NCBI GenBank assembly: GCA_964016885.1
Contig: OZ024742.1
Location: forward strand, 368,280,001-368,344,000
Reading direction: 5' to 3'
Origin: Eledone cirrhosa
Taxonomy: Eukaryota
Length of the DNA: 64,000 nucleotides
Made by a program: the position numbers and the translations under genes. The notes under the pieces are model-generated. The model was not told the origin of the DNA. It saw nothing but the letters and a program-made list of their open reading frames with translations, and searched no databases. This document shows positions 50,601-64,000 of the stretch, in pieces. Every line of letters starts with the position of its first letter. Within the stretch, counting starts at the first letter, position 1.

Positions 50601-53600
50601 AGGGTCAACATCTAGAGGTCTTGTCAATAGACACAACACCATATCTACCACAGGGTCACCATCTAGAAGTCATGTCATTAGACACAACACCATATCTACC
50701 ACAGGGCAAGATGAAGAGGTCTTGTCAAAATACACAACACCATATCTACCACAGGGTCAAAATCTAGAGGTCTTGTCAAAAGACACAACACCATATCTAC
50801 CACAGGGTCAACATCTAGAGGTCTTGTCAAAAGACACAACACCATATCTACCACAGGGTCAACATCTTGAGGTCTTGTCAATAGACACAACACTATCTCT
50901 ACCACAAGGTCACCATCTAGAAGTCTTGTCAAAAGACACAACACTATATCTACCACAGGGTCAACATGTAGAGGTCTTGTCAATAGGGACAACACCTTAT
51001 CTACCACAGGTCAACATGTAGAGGTCTTGTAAATAGACACAACATCATATCTACCACAGGGTCAATATGTAGAGGTCTTGGCAATAGACACAACACCATA
51101 TCTACCACAGGGTCAACATCTAGAGGTCTTGTCAAAAGACACAACACCATATCTACCACAGCGTCACCATCTAGAGATCTTGTCAAAAGACACAACACCA
51201 TATCTACCACAGGGTCACCATCTAGAGATCTTGTCAAAAAACACAACAACATATCTACCAGAGGGTTAACATCTAGAGGTCTTGTGAAAATACACAACAC
51301 CAAATCTACCACAGGGTCACCATCTAGAGGTCTTGTCAATAGAGACAACACCATATCTAGCACAGGGTCAACATGTGGAGGTCTTGTCAATAGATACAAC
51401 ACCATATCTACCACCGGCTCAATATCTAGAGGCCTTGTCAATAGGGACAACACCTTATCTAACACAGGGAAACCTGTAGAGTTCTTGTCAATAGACACAA
51501 CACCATATCTACCAGTGGGACAATAGCTAGAGGCCTTGTCAATAGAGACAACACAATATCTACCACAGGGTCAACATGTAGAGGTCTTGTCAGTAGAAAC
51601 AACACCATATCTACCAGAGGGTCAACATCTAGAGGTCTTGTCAATAGACACAACACCATATCTACCACAGGGTCAACATCTAGAGGTCTAGTCAAAAGAC
51701 ACAACACCATATCTACCACAGGGTCAACATCTAGAGGTCTTGTCAAAAGACACAACACCATATCTACCACAGGGTCAACATCTAGAGGTGTTGTCAAAAG
51801 ACACAACACCATATCTACCACAGGGTCACCATCTAGAGGTCTTGTCAATAGAGACAACACCATATCTACCAAAGGGTCAACATGTAGAATTCTTGTCAAT
51901 GGAAACAACACCATATCTACCACAGGGTCAACATCTAGAGGTCTTGTCAATAGACACAACACCATATCGACCACAGGGTCAACATCTAGAGGCCTTGTCA
52001 ATAGAGACAACACCTTATCTACCAAAGGGTCAACATGTAGAATTCTTGTCAATGGAAACAACACCATATCTACCACAGGGTCAACATCTAGAGGTCGTGT
52101 CAATAGACACAACACCATATCTACCAGAGGGTCAATATATAGAGGTCTTGTCAATAGACACAACACCATATCTACCACAGGGTCAAACTCTAGAGGTTTT
52201 GTCAAAAGACACAACACCATATCTACCACAGGCTCAACATCTAGAGGCCTTGTCAATAGAGACAACATCATATCTACCACAGGGTCAATATGTAGAGGTC
52301 TTGTCAATAGAGACAACACCATATCTACCACAGGGTCAACATGTGGAGGTATTGTCAATAGACACAACACCATATCTTCCACAGGTCAACTTCTAGAGGT
52401 CTTGTCAATAGACACAACACCATATCTACCACAGGGTCACCATCTAGAAGTCTTGTCAATAGACAGAACACCATATCTACCACAGGGTCACCATCTAGAG
52501 GTCTTGTCAATAGACAAAACACCATATCTTCCACAGCGTCAACATGTGGAGGTCTTGTCAATAGAGACAACACCATATCTACCACAGGATCAATATGTAG
52601 AGGTCTTGTCAATAGAGACAACACCATATCTGCCACAGGGTCAACATGTGGAATTGTGTCAATAATCACAACACCATATCTACCACAGGGACAACATGTA
52701 GAGGTCTTGTCAATGGAGACAACACCAATTCTACCGCAGGGTAAATATCTAGAGGTCTTGTCAAAAGACACAACTCCATATCTACCACAGGGTCACCCTC
52801 TAGAGGTCTTGTCAAAAGACACAACACCATATCTACCACAGGGTCACCATCTAGAGGTCTTGTCAAAGAGACAACACCATATCTACCACAGGGTCAATAT
52901 GTAGAGCTCTTATCAATAGACACAACACCATATCTACCACAGGGTCAACATCTAGAGGTCTTGTCAATAGACTCAACACAATCTCTACCACAAGGTCACC
53001 ATCTAGAAGTCTTGTCAAAAGACACAACACCATATCTACCAAAGGGTCAACATGTAGAATTCTTGTCAATAGAAACAACACCATATCTACCACATGGTCA
53101 ACATCTAGCGGTCTTGTAAATAGACACAACACCATATCTACCACAGGGTCAACATCTAGAGGCCTTGTCAATAGGGACAACACCTTATCTACCACAGGTC
53201 AACATGTAGAGGTCGTGTCAATAGACACAACACCTTATCTACCACAGGGTCAATATGTAGAGGCCTTGTCAATAGACACAACACCATATCTACCACAGGG
53301 TCAATATCCCGAGTTCTTGTCTATAGACACAACACCATATCTACCACAGGCTCAACATCTAGAGGTTTTGTCAATAGACACAACACCATATCCACAAGGT
53401 CAACATGTAGAGGTCTTGTCAAAATACACAACACCATATCTACCACAGGGTCAAAATCTAGATGTTTTGTCAAAAGACACAACACCATATCTATCACAGG
53501 CTCTACATCTAGAGGTCTTGTCAATAGACACAACACCATATCTACCACAGGGTCAACATCTAGAAGTCTTGTCAATAGACAGAACACTATCTCCACCACA

Positions 53601-56600
53601 GGGTCAACATCTAGAGGTCTTGTCAATAGACACAACACCATATCTACCACAGGGTCACCATCTAGAGGTCTTGTCAATAGACAAAACACCATATCTTCCA
53701 CAGCGTCAACATGTGGAGGTCTTGTCAATAGAGACAACACCATATCTACCACAGCGTCAATATGTAGAGGTCTTGTCAATAGAGACAACACCATATCTGC
53801 CACAGGGTCAACATGTGGAATTGTGTCAATAATCACAACACCATATCTACCACAGGGACAACATGTAGAGGTCTTGTCAATAGAGACAACACCAATTCTA
53901 CCACAGGGTCACCATCTATAAGTCTTGTCAATAGACACAACACCATATCTACCACAGGGTCAACATCTAGAAGTCTTGTCAATAGACAGAACACTATCTC
54001 TACCACAGGGTCAACATCTAGAGGTCTTGTCAATAGACACAACACCATATCTACCACAGGGTTACCCTCTAGACGTCTTGTCAAAAGACACAACACCATG
54101 TCTACCACAGGGTCACCATCTAGAGGTCTTGTCAAAGAGACAACACCATATCTACCACAGGGTCAATATGTAGAGCTCTTGTCAATAAAAAAAAACACCA
54201 TATCAACCACAGGGTCAACATGTAGATGTATTGTCAATAGACACAACACCATATCTACCACTGGTCAACATCTAGAAGTCTTGTCAATAGACACAACACC
54301 ATATCTACCACAGGTCTTAATCTAAAAAGAGGTTTTGTCAATAGATAAGACACAATATCTACCACAGGGTCAACGTATAGAGATCTTGTCAAAAGACACA
54401 ACACCATATCTACCACAGGGACACCATCTAGAGATCTTGTCAAAAGACACAACACCATATCTACCACAAGATCAATATGTAGAGGTCTTGGCAATAGACA
54501 CAACACCATATCTACCACAGGTCAAAATCTAGAGGTTTTGTCAATAGACACAACACCATATCTACCACAGGGTTAACATGTATAGCTCTTGGCAATAGAC
54601 ACAACACCATATCTACCACAGGTCAACATCTAGAGGTCTTGTCAATAGACACAACACCATATCTACCACAGGGTCAACATGTAGAGGTCTTGTCAATAGT
54701 CACAACGCCATATCTCCCACAGGGTCAACATGTAGAGGTCTATTCAATAGACACAACACCATATCTACCACAGAGTCAACATCTAGAAGTCTTGTCAATA
54801 GACACAACACCATATCTACCACAGGGACAACATGTAGAGGTCTTGTCAAAATACACAACACCATATCTACCACGGGGTCAACATCTAGAGGTCATTGTCA
54901 AAAGACACAACACCATATCTACCACAGGGTCAACATCTAGAGGTCTTGTCAAAAGACACAACACAATCTCTACCACAAGGTCACCATCTAGAAGTCTTGT
55001 CAAAAGACACAACACCATATCTACCACAGGGTCAGCATGTAGAGGTCTTGTCAAAAGACACAACACCATATCTACCACAGGGTCACCATCTAGAGGTCTT
55101 GTCAATAGAGACAACACCATATCTACCACAGGGTCAACATCTAGAGGTATTGTCAATAGACACAACACTATCTCTACCACAGGGTCAACATCTAGAGGTC
55201 TTGTCAATAGACACAACACCATATCTACCACAGGGTCAACATCTAGAGGCCTTGTCAATAGGGACAACACCGTATCTACCACAGGTCAACATGTAGAGGT
55301 CTTGTCAATAGACACAACATCCTATCTACCACAGGGTCAATATGTAGAGGTCTTGTCAATAGACACAACACCATATCTAGCACAGGGTCAACATGTAGAG
55401 GTCTTGTCAATAGACACAACACCATATCTACCACAGGGTCAACATGTAGAGGTCTTGTCAAAAGACACAACACCATATCTACAACAGAGTGACCATCTAG
55501 AGGTCTTGTCAATAGAGACAACACCATATCTACCACAGGGTCAACATCTAGAGATCTGTTCAATAGACACAACACTATCACTACCACAGGGTCAACATTT
55601 AGAGGTCTTGTCAATAGACACAACACCATATCTACCACAGGGTCAATATGTAGAGGTCTTGGCAATAGACACAACACCATATCTACCACAGGGTCAACAT
55701 CTAGAGGTCTTGTCAAAAGACACAACACCATATCTACCACAGGGTCACCATCTAGAGATCTTGTCAAAAGACACAACACCATATCTTCCACAGGGTCACC
55801 ATCTCGAGGTCTTGTCAAAAAACACAACAACATATCTACCACAGGGTCAACATCTAGAGGTCTTGTCAATAGACACAACACTATCTCTACCACAGGGTCC
55901 ACATCTAGAGCTCTTGTCAATAGACACAACACATTCTCTACCACAGGGTCAACATTTAGAGGTCTTGTCAATAGACACAACACCATATCTACCACAGGGT
56001 CAATATGTAGAGGTCTTGTCAATAGAGACAACACCATATCTGGCACAGGGTCAACATGTGGAGGACTTGTCAATAGATACAAAACTATATCTACCACAGG
56101 GACAACATCTAGAGGCCTTGTCAATAGGGACAACACCTTATCTAACACAGGGAAACATGTAGAGTTCTTGTCAATAGACACAACATCATATCTACCATAG
56201 GGTCAATATGTAGAGCTCTTGTCAATAGACACAACACCATATCTACCAGTGGGTCAATAGCTAGAGGCCTTGTCAATAGAGACAACACCATATATACCAC
56301 AGGGTCAACATGTAGAGGTCTTGTCAATAGAAACAACACCATATCTACCACAGGGTCAACATCTAGAGGTCTAGTCAATAGGGACAACACCATATCTAAC
56401 ACAGGGTCAACATCTAGAGGTCTTGTCAATAGACACAACACTATCTCTACCACAGGGTCACCATCTAGAGGTCTTGTCAATAGACACAACACCATATCTA
56501 CCACAGGGTCAACATCTAGAGGCCTTGTCAATAGGGACAACACCTTATCTACCACAGGTCAAAATGTAGAGGTCTTGTCAATAGACACAACATCATATCT

Positions 56601-59600
56601 ACCATAGGGTCAATATGTAGAGCTCTTGTCAATAGACACAACACCATATCTACCACAGGGTCAACATGTAGATGTATTGTCAATAGACACAACACCATAT
56701 CTACCACAGGTCAACATCTAGAAGTCTTGTCAATAGACACAACACCATATCTACCAGTGGATCAATAGCTAGAGGCCTTGTCAATAGAGACAATACCATA
56801 TCTACCAAAGGGTCAACATGTAGAATTCTTGTCAATAGAAACAACACCATATCTACCACAGGGTCAACATCTAGAGGTCTTGTCAATAGACACAACACCA
56901 TATCTACCACAGGGTCAACATATAGAGGCCTTGTCAATAGGGACAACACCTTATCTACCACAGGTCAACATGTAGAGGTCATGTCAATAGACACAACACC
57001 ATATCTACCACAGTGTCAATATGTAGAGGTCTTGTCAATAGACACAACACCATATCTACCACAGGGACAACATGTAGAGGTCTTGTCAAAATACACAACA
57101 CCATATCTACCACGGGGTCAACATCTAGAGGTCATTGTCAAAAGACACAACACCATATCTACCACAGGGTCAACATCTAGAGGTCTTGTCAATAGACACA
57201 ACACAATCTCTACCACAAGGTCACCATCTAGAAGTCTTGTCAAAAGACACAACACCATATCTACCACAGGGTCAGCATGTAGAGGTCTTGTCAAAAGACA
57301 CAACACCATATCTACCACAGGGTCACCATCTAGAGGTCTTGTCAATAGAGACAACACCATATCTACCACAGGGTCAACATCTAGAGGTATTGTCAATAGA
57401 CACAACACTATCTCTACCACAGGGTCAACATCTAGAGGTCTTGTCAATAGACACAACACCATATCTACCACAGGGTCAACATCTAGAGGCCTTGTCAATA
57501 GGGACAACACCGTATCTACCACAGGTCAACATGTAGAGGTCTTGTCAATAGACACAACATCATATCTACCACAGGGTCAATATGTAGAGGTCTTGTCAAT
57601 AGACACAACACCATATCTAGCACAGGGTCAACATGTAGAGGTCTTGTCAATAGACACAACACCATATCTACCACAGGGTCAACATGTAGAGGTCTTGTCA
57701 AAAGACACAACACCATATCTACAACAGAGTCACCATCTAGAGGTCTTGTCAATAGAGACAACACCATATCTACCACAGGGTCAACATCTAGAGATCTGTT
57801 CAATAGACACAACACTATCACTACCACAGGGTCAACATTTAGAGGTCTTGTCAATAGACACAACACCATATCTACCACAGGGTCAATATGTAGAGGTCTT
57901 GGCAATAGACACAACACCATATCTACCACAGGGTCAACATCTAGAGGTCTTGTCAAAAGACACAACACCATATCTACCACAGGGTCACCATCTAGAGATC
58001 TTGTCAAAAGACACAACACCATATCTTCCACAGGGTCACCATCTCGAGGTCTTGTCAAAAAACACAACAACATATCTACCACAGGGTCAACATCTAGAGG
58101 TCTTGTCAATAGACACAACACTATCTCTACCACAGGGTCCACATCTAGAGCTCTTGTCAATAGACACAACACATTCTCTACCACAGGGTCAACATTTAGA
58201 GGTCTTGTCAATAGACACAACACCATATCTACCACAGGGTCAATATGTAGAGGTCTTGTCAATAGAGACAACACCATATCTGGCACAGGGTCAACATGTG
58301 GAGGACTTGTTAATAGATACAAAACTATATCTACCACAGGGACAACATCTAGAGGCCTTGTCAATAGGGACAACACCTTATCTAACACAGGGAAACATGT
58401 AGAGTTCTTGTCAATAGACACAACATCATATCTACCATAGGGTCAATATGTAGAGCTCTTGTCAATAGACACAACACCATATCTACCAGTGGGTCAATAG
58501 CTAGAGGCCTTGTCAATAGAGACAACACCATATATACCACAGGGTCAACATGTAGAGGTCTTGTCAATAGAAACAACACCATATCTACCACAGGGTCAAC
58601 ATCTAGAGGTCTAGTCAATAGGGACAACACCATATCTAACACAGGGTCAACATCTAGAGGTCTTGTCAATAGACACAACACTATCTCTACCACAGGGTCA
58701 CCATCTAGAGGTCTTGTCAATAGACACAACACCATATCTACCACAGGGTCAACATCTAGAGGCCTTGTCAATAGGGACAACACCTTATCTACCACAGGTC
58801 AAAATGTAGAGGTCTTGTCAATAGACACAACATCTTATCTACCATAGGGTCAATATGTAGAGCTCTTGTCAATAGACACAACACCATATCTACCACAGGG
58901 TCAACATGTAGATGTATTGTCAATAGACACAACACCATATCTACCACAGGTCAACATCTAGAAGTCTTGTCAATAGACACAACACCATATCTACCAGTGG
59001 ATCAATAGCTAGAGGCCTTGTCAATAGAGACAATACCATATCTACCAAAGGGTCAACATGTAGAATTCTTGTCAATAGAAACAACACCATATCTACCACA
59101 GGGTCAACATCTAGAGGTCTTGTCAATAGACACAACACCATATCTACCACAGGGTCAACATATAGAGGCCTTGTCAATAGGGACAACACCTTATCTACCA
59201 CAGGTCAACATGTAGAGGTCATGTCAATAGACACAACACCATATCTACCACAGTGTCAATATGTAGAGGTCTTGTCAATAGACACAACACCATATCTACC
59301 ACAGGGTCAATATCCCGAGTTCTTGTCTATAGACACAACACCATATCTACCACAGGGTCAACATCTAGAGGTTTTGTCAATAGACACAACACCATATCCA
59401 CAGGGTCAACATGTAGAGGTCTTGTCAAAATACACAACACCATATCTACCACAGGGTCAAAATCTAGATGTTTTGTCAAAATACACAACACCATATCTAC
59501 CACAGGGTCAAAATCTAGATGTTTTGTCAAAAGACACAACATCATATCTACCATAGGGTCAACGTGTAGAGGTCTTGTCAATAGACACAACACAATATCT

Positions 59601-62600
59601 ACCACAGGGTCAACATATACAGGTCTTGTCAAAAGATACAACACCATATCTACAACAGGGTCACCATCTAGAGGTCTTGTCAATAGAGACAACACCATAT
59701 CTACCACAGGGTCAATATGTAGAGCTCTTGTCAATAGACACAACACCATATCTACCACAGGGTCAACATGTAGATGTATTGTCAATAGACACAACACCAT
59801 ATCTACCAGTGGATCAATAGCTAGAGGCCTTGTCAATAGAGACAATACCATATCTACCAAAGGGTCAACATGTAGAATTCTTGTCAATAGAAACAACACC
59901 ATATCTACCACAGGGTCAACATGTAGAGGTCTTGTCAATAGACACAACACCATATCTACCACAGGGTCAACATCTAGAAGTCTTGTCAATAGACAGAACA
60001 CTATCTCCACCACAGGGTCAACATCTAGAGGTCTTGTCAATAGACACAACACCATATCTACCACAGGGTCACCATCTAGAGGTCTTGTCAATAGACAAAA
60101 CACCATATCTTCCACAGCGTCAACATGTGGAGGTCTTGTCAATAGAGACAACACCATAGCTTCCACAGCGTCAATATGTAGAGGTCTTGTCAATAGAGAC
60201 AACACGATATCTGCCACAGGGTCAACATGTGGAATTGTGTCAATAATCACAACACCATATCTACCACAGGGACAACATGTAGAGGTCTTGTCAATAGAGA
60301 CAACACCAATTCTACCACAGGGTCACCATCTAGAAGTCTTGTCAATAGACACAACACCATATCTACCACAGGGTCAACATCTAGAAGTCTTGTCAATAGA
60401 CAGAACACTATCTCTACCACAGGGTCAACATCTAGAGGTCTTGTCAATAGACACAACACCATATCTACCACAGGGTCACCCTCTAGACGTCTTGTCAAAA
60501 GACACAACACCATGTCTACCACAGGGTCACCATCTAGAGGTCTTGTTAAAGAGACAACACCATATCTACCACAGGGTCAATATGTAGAGCTCTTGTCAAT
60601 AGACACAACACCATATCTACCACAGGGTCAACATGTAGATGTATTGTCAATAGACACAACACCATATCTACCACTGGTCAACATCTAGAAGTCTTGTCAA
60701 TAGACACAACACCATATCTACCACAGGTCTTAATCTAAAAAGAGGTTTTGTCAATAGATAAAACACAATATCTACCACAGGGCCAACGTATAGAGATCTT
60801 GTCAAAAGACACAACACCATATCTATCACAGGGACACCATCTAGAGATCTTGTCAAAAGACACAACACCATATCTACCACAAGATCAATATGTAGAGGTC
60901 TTGGCAATAGACACAACACCATATCTACCACAGGTCAAAATCTAGAGGTTTTGTCAATAGACACAACACCATATCTACCACAGGGTTAACATGTATAGCT
61001 CTTGGCAATAGACACAACACCATATCTATCACAAGGTCAATATTTAGAGCTCTTGTCAATAGACACAACACCATATCTACCACAGGTCAACATCTAGAGG
61101 TCTTGTCAATAGACACAACACCATATCTACCACAGGGTCAACATGTAGAGGTCTTGTCAATAGTCACAACGCCATATCTCCCACAGGGTCAACATGTAGA
61201 GGTCTATTCAATAGACACAACACCATATCTACAACAGAATCAACATCTAGAAGTCTTGTCAATAGACACAACACCATATCTACCACAGGGACAACATGTA
61301 GAGGTCTTGTCAAAATACACAACACCATATCTACCACGGGGTCAACATCTAGAGGTCATTGTCAAAAGACACAACACCATATCTACCACAGGGTCAACAT
61401 CTAGAGGCCTTGTCAATAGGGACAACACCTTATCTACCACAGGTCAACATGTAGAGGTCTTGTCAATAGACACAACATCATATCTACCACAGGGTCAATA
61501 TGTAGAGGTCTTGTCAATAGACACAACACCATATCTACCACAGGGTCAACATGTAGAGGTCTTGTCAATAGACACAACACCATATCTACCACAGGGTCAA
61601 CATGTAGAGGTCTTGTCAAAAGACACAACACCATATCTACAACAGAGTCACCATCTAGAGGTCTTGTCAATAGAGACAACACCATATCTACCACAGGGTC
61701 AACATCTAGAGGTCTTGTCAATAGACACAACACTATCTCTACCACAGGGTCCACATCTAGAGCTCTTGTCAATAGACACAACACATTCTCTACCACAGGG
61801 TCAACATTTAGAGGTCTTGTCAATAGACACAACACCATATCTACCACAGGGTCAATATGTAGAGGTCTTGTCAATATAGACAACACCATATCTGGCACAG
61901 GGTCAACATGTGGAGGACTTGTCAATAGATACAAAACTATATCTACCACAGGGACAACATCTAGAGGCCTTGTCAATAGGGACAACACCTTATCTAACAC
62001 AGGGAAACATGTAGAGTTCTTGTCAATAGACACAACACCATATCTACCAGTGGGTCAATAGCTAGAGGCCTTGTCAATAGAGACAACACCATATCTACCA
62101 CAGGGTCAACATGTAGAGGTCTTGTCAATAGAAACAACACCATATCTACCACAGGGTCAACATCTAGAGGCCTTGTCAATAGGGACAACACCTTATCTAC
62201 CACAGGGTCAACATCTAGAGGTCTTGTCAATAGACACAACACTATCTCTACCACAGGGTCAACATTTAGAGGTCTTGTCAATAGACACAACACCATATCT
62301 ACCACAGGGTCAACATCTAGAGGCCTTGTCAATAGGGACAACACCTTATCTACCACAGGTCAACATGTAGAGGTCTTGTCAATAGACACAACATCATATC
62401 TACCACAGGGTCAATATGTAGAGGTCTTGTCAATAGACACAACACCATATCTACCACAGGGTCAACATGTAGAGGTCTTGTCAATAGACACAACACCATA
62501 TCTACCACAGGGTCAACATGTAGAGGTCTTGTCAAAAGACACAACACCATATCTACAACAGAGTCACCATCTAGAGGTCTTGTCAATAGAGACAACACCA

Positions 62601-64000
62601 TATCTACCACAGGGTCAACATCTAGAGATCTGTTCAATAGACACAACACTATCACTACCACAGGGTCAACATTTAGAGGTCTTGTCAATAGACACAACAC
62701 CATATCTACCACAGGGTCAATATGTAGAGGTCTTGGCAATAGACACAACACCATATCTACCACAGGGTCAACATCTAGAGGTCTTGTCAAAAGACACAAC
62801 ACCATATCTACCACAGGGTCACCATCTAGAGATCTTGTCAAAAGACACAACACCATATCTTCCACAGGGTCACCATCTCGAGGTCTTGTCAAAAAACACA
62901 ACAACATATCTACCACAGGGTCAACATCTAGAGGTCTTGTCAATAGACACAACACTATCTCTACCACAGGGTCCACATCTAGAGCTCTTGTCAATAGACA
63001 CAACACATTCTCTACCACAGGGTCAACATTTAGAGGTCTTGTCAATAGACACAACACCATATCTACCACAGGGTCAATATGTAGAGGTCTTGTCAATAGA
63101 GACAACACCATATCTGGCACAGGGTCAACATCTAGAGGTCTTGTCAATAGACACAACACTATCTCTACCACAGGGTCACCATCTAGAGGTCTTGTCAATA
63201 GACACAACACCATATCTACCACAGGGTCAACATCTAGAGGCCTTGTCAATAGGGACAACACCTTATCTACCACAGGTCAAAATGTAGAGGTCTTGTCAAT
63301 AGACACAACATCATATCTACCATAGGGTCAACGTGTAGAGGTCTTGTCAATAGACACAACACAATATCTACCACAGGGTCAACATATACAGGTCTTGTCA
63401 AAAGATACAACACCATATCTACAACAGGGTCACCATCTAGAGGTCTTGTCAATAGAGACAACACCATATCTACCACAGGGTCACCATCTAGAGGTCTTGT
63501 CAATAGACACAACACCATATCTACCAGTGGATCAATAGCTAGAGGCCTTGTCAATAGAGACAATACCATATCTACCAAAGGGTCAACATGTAGAATTCTT
63601 GTCAATAGAAAAAAAAACCATATCTACCACAGGGTCAACATCTAGAGGTCTTGTCAATAGACACAACACCATATCTACCACAGGGTCAACATCTAGAGGC
63701 CTTGTCAATAGGGACAACACCTTATCTACCACAGGTCAACATGTAGAGGTCATGTCAATAGACACAACACCATATCTACCACAGGGTCAATATGTAGAGG
63801 TCTTGTCAATAGACACAACACCATATCTACCACAGGGTCAATATCCCGAGTTCTTGTCTATAGACACAACACCATATCTACCACAGGGTCAACATCTAGA
63901 GGTTTTGTCAATAGACACAACACCATATCCACGGGGTCAACATGTAGAGGTCTTGTCCTAATAAACAACACCATATCTACCACAGGGTCAAAATCTAGAG
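44685..64000. repeat. 51-bp satellite, over 19.3 kb (about 380 units), running off the window
   Basis: Consensus ACACAACACCATATCTACCACAGGGTCAACATCTAGAGGTCTTGTCAATAG, with recurrent 1-bp deletions and higher-order blocks. Confidence 0.98.

Noticed and set aside
44680-63961. Many 17-aa-repeat ORFs on both strands
   Set aside because: Satellite translations with frequent frameshifts.

Overview
Gene-free, repeat-saturated animal DNA; the SINE, LINE and microsatellite content suggests a cephalopod such as Octopus (inference). There are four zones. (1) 0.5-15.5 kb and 41.5-42.7 kb: elements sitting in (TA)n tracts. These are two 5'-truncated Penelope-like retroelements (RT + GIY-YIG, Naiad-like) and three small non-coding tandem elements (591, 310 and 316 bp units), each with a minimal type I hammerhead ribozyme and the 5'-inverted architecture of Penelope-like element (PLE) insertions, i.e. 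retrozyme-like. Three of these families carry a non-canonical core, TTGANAA (U3:A8 instead of C3:G8), while a relative of one of them keeps CTGATGA. (2) 15.8-27.9 kb: a 33-bp satellite. (3) 28.3-40.7 kb: a nest of LINEs in (TACA)n, with RTE elements and their non-autonomous derivative on the - strand and R4/Dong-like elements on the + strand. (4) 44.7-64 kb: a 51-bp satellite with higher-order repeats. Also present are a palindrome with two convergent tRNA-like units and a short insertion starting with an HDV-like ribozyme fold. No host protein-coding gene is supported. All RNA structures were read by eye, not computed, and boundaries are approximate unless motif coordinates are given.
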